A DNA stretch of 58,959 bases, filler included, from Sphacelaria rigidula (Eukaryota): assembly GCA_964200075.2 (NCBI GenBank). It is 4 parts of 4 records of this genome, joined end to end, with 100 filler letters (N's around TTAATTAATTAA, not from the genome) between each part and the next. Parts side by side here need not be neighbours in the genome. Positions count along the whole stretch, not along the records: positions 44,297 to 58,959 come from CAXNAA020002111.1; 3 more parts are not named here. One strand, written 5' to 3'. This document shows, one piece after another, positions 50,274 through 58,959 of the stretch (its first letter is position 1; the number at the start of each line of letters is the position of its first letter). The translations under genes and the position numbers were made by a program. The notes beneath the pieces were generated by a model. The model did not search any database and was not told the origin of the DNA. It was given only the letters and a program-made list of their open reading frames with translations.

Positions 50274-50674
50274 CACACGCGGGCATTCGGCTACCCCCAA
50301 AACTACTTTGTTCCGGTCAACTTTTCGAGCCTCCAGAGGAATTAAACGCCTCTAGAGGGTGTGCGGCCGTCCAGAAGGGTGGAATCATACGCCTCTAGAG
50401 GCAAAACAAGCCTCTGGAGGGCCGCGCACCCTCTGGAGAGACTTGGAGGATGCGCAGCACTCCAGAGCACTATCTTGTTTGTTACTCTCGAGGGATTCAT
50501 ATCTCAGAAGTCACTGGAGCATCGGATGCCCTCCAGAGGATTCGTCTTATGACCGGAACTGAGTATGAAATACCCTCTAGAGGGTATTATATCCTCCGGT
50601 GGATCACTTTACCCTCGAGAGGATAAAAATCGCGATAGAGGATGTTTTGGGGGGTAGCCGAATGGCCGCGTGTG
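50274..50674. mobile_element. CACTA/CMC-like non-autonomous element
   Basis: TIR CACACGCGGGCATTCGGCTACCCCC / GGGGGTAGCCGAATGGCCGCGTGTG, AA on both flanks, many internal CTC(T/C)AGAG palindromic motifs. Confidence 0.8.
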
Positions 50675-51098
50675 AAGCCCCATTGTTCACAATCGATCGT
50701 CCCATGAGAACGATGATACGAGTGCCATTAACTTCTCGAGCCCTTATTCAAGTCACGCATACTAATTTAACAACGGCAAACGGACCGCAACCTTTGCTGG
50801 CATTGATCACCCACGTAGTGATATGATTTTCGATCTCAATTGTGGAGTACACCGCAGAAAACACTCAGGATACAATATTTCCCTTAGATTCAGGATCGTG
50901 GTATCATATCCGTATATCAACCGCAATGTAAAATGCGGCTCATGTCTCAACATACTTGAAGCTCACCTCCCCCTCTCCTTTCAGCGGACGGACGGGCTTA
51001 CCTCCCACATACCCCGTTCAGACATAAACAAAATACCATCCGCGTGCTCGTCCGAACACGCAACATTTTGTCAAAATACGTTCCACTTTCAAAAATCA

Positions 51099-51131
<33 letters not shown>

Positions 51132-51384
51132 ACGCACCATTTTCTTCTTTTACCACAAGAACACTCGCGTTATACCTGCTCACATACGTGCGCATTTCGC
51201 ACTTCCCTCTCATATTCACGCCAACAGCAGCAATTAGTATCTCCTACATTCTTATACGCCAAGCGCGCGAAGAAAGTTCCGCTGTGTTTCCATAAGAACA
51301 GGAATATACGACATTCACCTTATCCAGCACATTATGTCGTACTGTATAACCCACACGGCTAGATTTTCCAGTGATGATTCGTAA

Positions 51385-52105
51385 TCTATAACTCACCTGA
51401 CTGAACTATGCACCAGGCACCGCTGATTATCTTGTATATAAGACCACTTTGTATGGCAACCAATCCGTATTTATACCAATATGAGGATTTCAGCCCGTTT
51501 GAATCCGATTTCCTCCCGTGGATTGATTTTTCGGACCCCGGTCCGTCGGGCAATGTTTTTCGCCCAGCTCTGAGGAAACCAGATCAGTTCTTCGATTCTC
51601 TGGGCGCTGACTCTTGGTTCATCACCTTTTTGCTCAGATCGGGAGACTCCCGGGAACCAAGAGTCAGCGCCCAGAGAATCGAAGAACTGATCTGGTTTCC
51701 TCAGAGCTGGGCGAAAAACATTGCCCGACGGACCGGGGTCCGAAAAATCAATCCACGGGAGGAAATCGGATTCAAACGAGCTGAAATCGTCATACTGGTA
51801 CAAATACGGATTGGTTGCCATACAAACTGGTCTAACTCACCCGGCCAGAATATGAACCGCGGAGTTACCTTGTACAACTCTCCCGACGAAGATATGCACC
51901 GCTGAGTTATCTTGTATAACTCACCTGGTTATAATATGCACGGCTGCGTTATGCTGCAGAACTCACCTGTCCAAGATATGCACCGCTGGGTGATCTTCTA
52001 TAACAACTCACCCGGACAGAATATACACCACTGAGTTATCTTGTAGAACTCACCGACCAGAATGTGCACCGCTGAGGTATCTTCCGTAACTCATCCGCCC
52101 AGAAT
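51385..52105 (+). repeat. degenerate ~38-bp tandem array (AACTCACC...ATATGCACCGCTGAGTTATCTTGTA), split by a MITE
   Basis: About 8 recognisable units; excising 51442-51832 plus one TAA restores a unit. Confidence 0.85.
51442..51832. mobile_element. young PIF/Harbinger-like foldback MITE
   Basis: TAA-GACC...GGTC-TAA; 179-bp near-identical arms around a 33-bp spacer. Confidence 0.92.
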
Positions 52106-53131
52106 GTGTGGAATGTTTTCATATCCTCGTGTATGCAGAGAGTACGGAGAGTCCTGTGCTGCCTGTACTGCACGTTTCTCCCTTTTTCACACCCTACTGC
52201 ACGAAACATACACTGCAGACAAGACAGACAGCACAACTGTCTGGTTTGAATACAAGTGAAGAAGTACCGCTTCACGAATTCCATCGTCATTTCGATCGAA
52301 AGCGTGCATGTTCGCTCGTACCCCAACAAACGCGGTCAAACAAGCGCATCCCATCCCACCGCACCAATTCGTTCGACAAAAAAACTGCGATAGAACACGG
52401 CCTAAGAGATTGCCGTTACACCGTCGGATCGCGGAACCATCGATCGATCCACGCGCTCGCGAAATGGATATTTGCTAGTAGTGCTTCGTGCCCGTGATAG
52501 CTCAATGCTCCATCCTGGAGAAGAGTATCCAAGCCGAGAATCGGTCTGTACGCACTGATCACGGACGGGGCGCGGCTCGGCCTGCTTTGGTCCTTCAAAC
52601 ACTCAGCTTCGTGTGCTCAGTTTCGCCACGCGATGCCGGGTCGTGTTCGGTCTACCTCGCAACAACGCAACAAATGCGAGGGCGTGTTCGGCACATGTGG
52701 GCGCGTACATCTGGCCTGGTTCTGACCTCCGCTATCCCACTTTCACGGGGGCTGGAGGGGCACGTTCAAATTTGACAGGTACCATTTATTTGTCAATATT
52801 ATCAACAATTTTAATCTCTGGTCTCGTTCCTGTAAGAAGATGTCGTGACCATTTCTCAGGATCGCCTGTTTGCATACATACGTTCATGGTGCGTTTTCAC
52901 GAAAACATTATTGGTGACATCAAATCACGAGTAATGGTGGTAGTGGTGGTGATGGTAGAAGTAGTGCCGGATGGGAAAACAGCACTGGTGCACCTTCAAC
53001 TGGAATCGTCCTCGGGATGCATCATATTGATGTATTACAGACAGAAATGATTGCCGTCCGTCGTTTTTCTTGAAAAATGAATGGGACGTTTTGTTTTGTA
53101 TTTCCAGGGAACACAAGGCCGTCCCATATAA

Positions 53132-53345
53132 GGCCGTTTCTTTTAGACTGAAAAAAGTCTCTGAGAAAAGTCGTTTTGGTCAGTCTCCAGAGACTTCTTT
53201 CAGAACGCGACCTTGTAGGGCCATTTTTCATTAAAAAAAGTCTCTGGAAACTGGCCACAATTTGCAGACAGCGGGATTTTGCCACGTCTCTCTGCGAAAG
53301 GCTATCGATTCGCAGAGACTTTTCTCTGTCTACGAATTGTGGTCC
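53132..53345. mobile_element. degenerate Harbinger-like MITE
   Basis: TAGACTGAAAAAAGTCTCTGAGAA mirrors TTCGCAGAGACTTTTCTCTGTCTA. Confidence 0.5.
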
Positions 53346-53814
53346 CAACACACATTCCTCGCACACCGCACCCGCAATGGTACAGTCAGTGCTCCATCAC
53401 ACACTCCTCTCATACAAGGGCAATACAGTCAGTGCAAAGTAGTTGTCCATGTTGTATGTTTAGTACCGTGGCAACAGCATAGCTGCTGCAGCACTCCGTG
53501 CATCCTCTTCATGACATTAGAACCAGGGACAGGCAGTACAGACAGTACAGTGCTTTTTGCGGGCGGCGTTACTACCGTAAAATAACACGATGTTGCCCCT
53601 GCTGGCTGCGTTGACTGCTCGTATCGTTTTATGCTCGTCGTGCCCGCAACCGATTGCGGACCCAGTAGTATTTTGCGTACTGAGACGGTTGCTACCGCAC
53701 TACTAACTGTCACGTGAGTTTGTTGTGTGCGGTATGGTACAAACCGTCTGCTGCACATACTGTACCGCTTGCGACACGACTACTGTAGTACCAAGCGGCG
53801 ATCGGCTGAAGTCC

Positions 53815-54347
53815 TGTCAAGAATTTCATGTTGCATAACATATGTGAGTCAACGTTCAGTAGCATCAAGCTGAAAGACGGAGGCTTGTTCACTGAGTAAC
53901 AGGCGGGACATTATGCGGGGCAATAGGAAACGGTTGGTGTTGTTGTACAGCCTTCGAGAATCCTATGGTGTGAAGGTTGTTCTGGAAAAATATCATTGAC
54001 TAGTAGTCGNNNNNNNNNNCGAGAAAGACTCCTAATATGGGAATACCGATTGACTGTTCGAGAAGGTAGCAAAGTAGCGTAGCGATCTTTGTTGTGACCA
54101 TCCCACATGGTCTCACTCTTCATCACTTCTCTTCACTTCTCTTCCTGAGGTTCTCCCCGTGTGGGACGTTTTGTCTGTTTATTTGGGATCTGCTACATGG
54201 GTAACGAATAATAAATATACATTCGTGTTCAGACACCTACGGTGTTCACTCCTGAGACGAGGTCAGCATAAAGCTGCCTGCGCCAACCTCTGCAGTCACC
54301 TGCCAAGAGGAGTACAACGGTCTCCACGACCACCATATTCCTCAACA
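53815..54347 (+). repeat. Copia 5' LTR
   Basis: TG...CA termini; the first 195 bp match 58765-58959 with one visible mismatch. Confidence 0.9.
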
Positions 54348-54540
54348 GGTGTATGAGCCCCGATTGTCTACGAGGTGCGAATACCGAGAGCTCCTAAAGG
54401 AGAGCTTGCCGGGGAGACGTCTTCGACCAGTTCTAGAGAGTTCTACAGAGGAGCTGAATACCTGGGACAACACAAACGCTACAAGTGAGTTGAGATGACC
54501 GCGGATTGTACTCCACGTATCTGGAGTCAAGGCGGCACGC

Positions 54541-54930
54541 TGTACGAGCTACAGTGGAAACCTGTGCGCGCAGGAAGGCGGCACAGTCTGGGAAATCGCA
54601 CTTGCGCGTCGAGCATTGATAAGCTTCGGAGCGTACAGCGTTGCGTACTTCATCATCCCTGCGGACAAAACCTGCACCAGCTGCAGTCTGTACAAGCGTG
54701 GAAACCTGTGCGCGCAGGAAGGCGGCACGGTCTGAGATATCGCACTTGCGCGTCGAGCATTGATAAGCCTCGAAGCGTACAGCGTTGCGTACTTCATCAT
54801 CCCTGCGGACAAAACCTGTACCAGCTGCAGTCTGTACGAGCTCCAGTTTAAACCTGTGCGCGTAGGGAGGCGGCACAGTCTAGGAAATCGCACTTGCGCG
54901 TCGAGCATTGATAAGCTTCGAAGCGTACAG
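54541..54930 (+). repeat. ~144-148-bp tandem repeat, ~2.7 copies, in the Copia leader/gag start
   Basis: Units begin TGTAC at 54541, 54689 and 54833. Confidence 0.92.
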
Positions 54931-57900
54931 GCCTACTGACGAGCCAGCAAGGCGCGCATGGGACCGAAAGAACAGCGACCTGTTTTCGCTGTTGTTCCTT
55001 TCAAGGACCGGGCCTGCAGCTGCGACCATCCGGCGGTTCTTGTACACAGAGGATGAAGATCTCGGTGACCCGCGGGTCGGCGATGGGCAAGGTGCGTGGA
55101 AGGCCTTGGTTGAGAAGTTCGACGGCAACACCAAAGCGGCTAGGCGGACAGTTCACGCTTAGCTGTTAGCCGCACGATGAAACCGGGCGAGGATCCCGAA
55201 AATTTCTTCCAAGACATGGACGAAATCCGACTTCATCTGGAGGGTCTCGGGGATAAAATGCACGACGATCGCTACGAGGACATTATCCTCGCGGCGATAA
55301 CCCCCGAGTATGACTTCGTGCGCACGAAATGCTACACCGAGCACGACTTCGGCCTCGACAACATTCGCACCGCAATGTGCAACGCGTACAATGATCGGAG
55401 TTTTGGTACGTCAAATGCACCAACCGTGGCCGGACCTGGAGCGGCCATGCAGGCTACGACATCTGGTATACAGTTTCACCTTTGCAAGGGGTTTGGGCAC
55501 TATCAACGTGAATGCCCGGAAAACAAGCGAAGTCGGACACGGCCGAGTAACCCGACACAGAGACGTTGAAAAGAAGGCAAGAAGAACGGAGGTGACGAAG
55601 CATCAAAATGGTGCTCGTATCATAGAACAACAACATACAGCGACGCCGAGTGCAAGGTACAACGAAAGAAAGCAGCAACGAATGGAAGCGCCAACATCGC
55701 CAATGTAAGCATTCCGGGGTCGTTCATCTCGCCGCCTGTCGCGGCGACGACTGCATACAGCAATTCGTCCGGAACAGTTGGAGGATCCCTGCAACCTGTG
55801 ATGGCGGAGTCGGCTCCTCCAGTGTTTTCCTTCGGCGCGTCCACCCCACCACAGCATGCTGGAGAAAACACGATTGACCCCTTCGGTGCCTTCGGTGGGG
55901 GTACTGGAGCAGCTTTCATGGCGGCGGTGCCAACGGCTCGGACAGCCAATGACATCAACTCCGTAACCTGGCTGGTGGACAGTGACGCGACCGGTCACTA
56001 CTTGGACACCAATCTGGAGTCGGGTGTTTTAGCTCCGGCGAGTGAGTACACGGCCCTCGAACGGCCGTTCAAAATCGTAACAGGGGGGCATAATGTAGTC
56101 GAAGCAGTTACAACTGCCACAGTTCATGGTACGGTCACCGACAGAGAAGAGAAGGCGCACTATGTCGCCCTCTCTTGCTTCGTCGTCCCCGGGCTTGGGC
56201 GTCATCTGTTCTCCGTGAAAGTGGCGACCAAGCAAGGCATCATCGCCATCTTCGATCAACATCATCCCCGACTCGAGACTTCATCGTTCGTGCTTCCCCT
56301 GGAACAATCGATCCATGACCAAGACCTCTACACGTTCCGCATGAAGCTGAGCAGCTACGCGGAGCAGCAACCTGAAGTAGCTATGCACGTCAGTACCGGC
56401 GCAAATTTCTGGCATCGTCGACTTGGTCACATCGGCATCGAGAGCCTGAATGTACTTCGGAAGGTGGAAGGCTCTGCTAGAAGCTTCGATCGAACGCTAT
56501 CAACCTGTGACCTTTGCACTCTAAGCAAAAGCAAACAACACGGGGATCTACGCGATGTGACAGACCGCGTCAACGACCTTATCGGACCTTCATCGGGAGA
56601 AGTCCCCACTGGAGCCTCCCCAGGAGGGGGAGTCACTGAAGGTTCACCTCCAGCTACAACACCGTCACCTACAGCGGGTTCTTCGCGAGTCAGCACGCGG
56701 GCTAACCCACAAGCCCCGATAGACGTCATTTCCGGCGCAAGCACGAGAAGCACTCAAGCCTGCGAGCTAAAGCGCCTGGAGACTCTGGCTAATTTCTACG
56801 CCACGGAAAATATGCGAGACATCGCTCACGAGGATGGAGTTTCCTTTGTGGAGTATGCGTACTCTGCCACAAACACCCAAATTCGAAGTTGTTCGGAGGG
56901 GGAGAAAGTGGTCATAGTGCCGAACACCTTTCAAGAGGCAATGCGACTGCCAGAGGCGAAGCAGTGGAAGGCAGCATCAGACAAAGAAACAGAAAGCCTT
57001 CGTTCCGATAATGTCTTCACGCTTGTACCCTTCACGGCGATTCCTGCAGGGATGAAAGCCATTGGATCCCGGTGGGTGTATAAGGTGAAAGCCGACAACA
57101 TATACAAGGGAAGACTGGTCGTCCAAGGATGGGGACAAGTACCGGGCATCGACTGCGGCGGCACCTTCGCTCCCGTCTGTAGGCTACAGAGCATCCGTAT
57201 GGTGCTTGCGGCGGCCGCGGAGATGGACTGGGAAATCTGGCAGCTGGACGTGCAGACGGCATTTCTAAACGCGCCCGTTGAAGAGGAAGTTTACGTCAAG
57301 ATGGCCCCGGGCTATGAGGAGAACGAGCCCGTGACGACAGTTCCTCTCGTGATGAAGCTCCATAAGTCGTTATACGGCCTTCGCTAGTCGCCACTGAATT
57401 TTTGGAACACCATGGACATATTTCTGGGGGAGATCGGTTTTACCTCTCTCGCTTCAGATCCCTGCATCTACGCCTTCACTGACAATGACGACAACGACAA
57501 CACCAGGGCCGGAAACTCCAGGGGCGATACCGTTAGCACCGCTCTCGGAAGAAGGAAGGTTGTCGCGCTTCTCACCCTCTACGTGGACGATGTGCTCCTT
57601 GTTAGAGGGGACGTGGCAATACTGCAGATGCTCAAGAAAAAGCTCACGGTTCGTTTCAAAATGACGGACATGGGAAACGTGTCACTTGTTCTCGGAATAA
57701 GAGTCACCCGAGACCGCAAGAATGGGGCGCTCACTCTCAGCCAGGAGAACTACATCAAATCAATCGTGGAGAAGTACAGCATGGGGGAATGCAATCCGCT
57801 GAGCACACCAGGAACGGGAGCAGAGCTGTCGTTGAATCAACCGGAAGAGCAACTTCTGGATCCGGCGGCAACACAGCGATACCAGGCGATCACCGGCTCG

Positions 57901-58520
57901 TTAATGTATCTAGCACAAGTGACCCGGTATGATATCCAGTTTGCTCCCAACCAGCTTGCGAGAGCGATGTCAACGCAATCAAAAGCACACATGGGTGCTG
58001 CGAAACATCTTCTACCTTGCGGGGAGTGCTAGTTTCGATATCACGTACAGGAAGGGAGGATTTCCGCTCACCGCGTTTCCGGACGCCAACTGGGGGAACA
58101 ACCCGCATAAGGGAAAATCGATGTCCTCGTATATCGTCATGCTCTCGAACGCTCCGGTGAGTTTCAAAGCCAGAATACAGGGTCTAACTGCTCAGTCGAC
58201 AATGGAAGCTGAGCTTGTGGCGGCAGCGCTGGCAATGAAGGAGGCTGTGTTCTGTTCCAACATGATGATGGAGCTGGGACTCGGCGAGGTATTTCAAAGT
58301 GTTCCGGTTCACATTGACAACACCTCAACACTTCACGTTGCCGGTAACAGCACCTACAGTGGACGGACCAAGCGTGTGGCCTTGCGCTACTTCTTCAGTC
58401 GCGAACTCATCAAGAAGCGGAGGATCACCCTTCATCACGTGGACACCAAGAACAACGCGACATTGGGACGAAATACTTGGGCAAACATCGTCACCTGTAT
58501 CTGCTGCACGTCATCAAGAC
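54908..58520 (+). pseudogene. Copia gag-pol remnant
   Basis: Knuckle FHLCKGFGHYQREC (first Cys lost), protease WLVDSDATGH, WHRRLGH..CDLC, RT (RWVYKVK, TFAPV, LDVQTAFLN, SLYGL, LYVDD), RNase H (DANW, STMEAE, IDN); stops at ~55160, ~55567 and 57385, frameshift near 58015. Confidence 0.93.
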
Positions 58521-58764
58521 CTTCAGGACTTGAAATAAAGACGCGAACGAGGGAGCTGGTCTGCTGTGTACTTTCCAGCGTGTGGTTGGATCACGACTGT
58601 GTTTTGAATAAACGAGAACGTCGAAAGTGTTGAGTTGAAACTCCAAGTGTACATTCTAGGGAATGTGCAGAAATGAAAAAATGCATTTGCATAAGTAGAC
58701 CTAGAAATATCCATCCGTCCGGACTTCTTTATCTCTCCTGAGTGCTACTTCCATTGAGGGGGAG

Positions 58765-58959
58765 TGTCAAGAATTTCATGTTGCATAACATATGTGAGTC
58801 AACGTTCAGTAGCATCAAGCTGAAAGACGGAGGCTTGTTCACTGAGTAACAGGCGGGACATTATGCGGGGCAATAGGAAACGGTTGGTGTTGTTGTACAG
58901 CCTTCGAGAATCCTATGGTGTGAAGGTTGTTCTGGAAAAATAACATTGACTAGTAGTCG
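58765..58959 (+). repeat. Copia 3' LTR (partial)
   Basis: Follows the PPT; matches 53815-54009. Confidence 0.92.

Larger units (their letters stand above)
53815..58959 (+). mobile_element. Ty1/Copia LTR retrotransposon, non-autonomous (3' LTR runs off the window)
   Basis: LTRs start TGTCAAGAAT at 53815 and 58765; PBS-like GGTGTATGAGCCC after CA at 54347; PPT GAGGGGGAG at 58756-58764; order gag - protease - pre-integrase - RT - RNase H. Confidence 0.96.

Noticed and set aside
12385..54960. Hammerhead ribozyme candidates (CTGATGC at 12386, CTGATGA at ~20850 and ~42573, CTGACGA at ~54936)
   Set aside because: None has stem II closed by GAAA plus a compatible stem III

Overview
Eukaryotic, intron-rich, transposon-dense genomic DNA. 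Its style (short exons, kilobase introns, Copia/Gypsy/RTE elements) resembles brown-algal (Phaeophyceae) genomes; that is an inference. Host genes: (1) a complete five-exon 6-phosphogluconolactonase gene on the minus strand (3183-10750, 261 aa); (2) one minus-strand RING-finger exon (~16.8-17.05 kb); (3) a long plus-strand WDR47/nemitin-like gene (~18.1-42.9 kb) with clear WD40 exons but apparently decayed LisH/CTLH exons, one cut by a Gypsy insertion, so probably a pseudogene; (4) the last three exons of a TPR protein (CFAP70-like) including a GC-AG intron. Mobile elements: a degenerate chromodomain-bearing Ty3/Gypsy element, a Ty1/Copia element lacking the integrase core, two further LTR fragments, an RTE-LINE fragment, two tRNA-derived SINE families and many MITEs/foldbacks (hAT-, PIF/Harbinger-, piggyBac-, CACTA- and Tc1-like ends). 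The most unusual structures are a MITE group sharing a core plus TTAGGG-like tract between exchangeable inverted repeats, and two inverted copies of a nested composite element that each took a different insertion at the same site. No CRISPR array, rRNA or intact tRNA gene was seen. Three N44-TTAATTAATTAA-N44 linkers are artificial joins, so contiguity across them is uncertain. All alignments were done by eye and family assignments rest on recalled motifs, not database searches.
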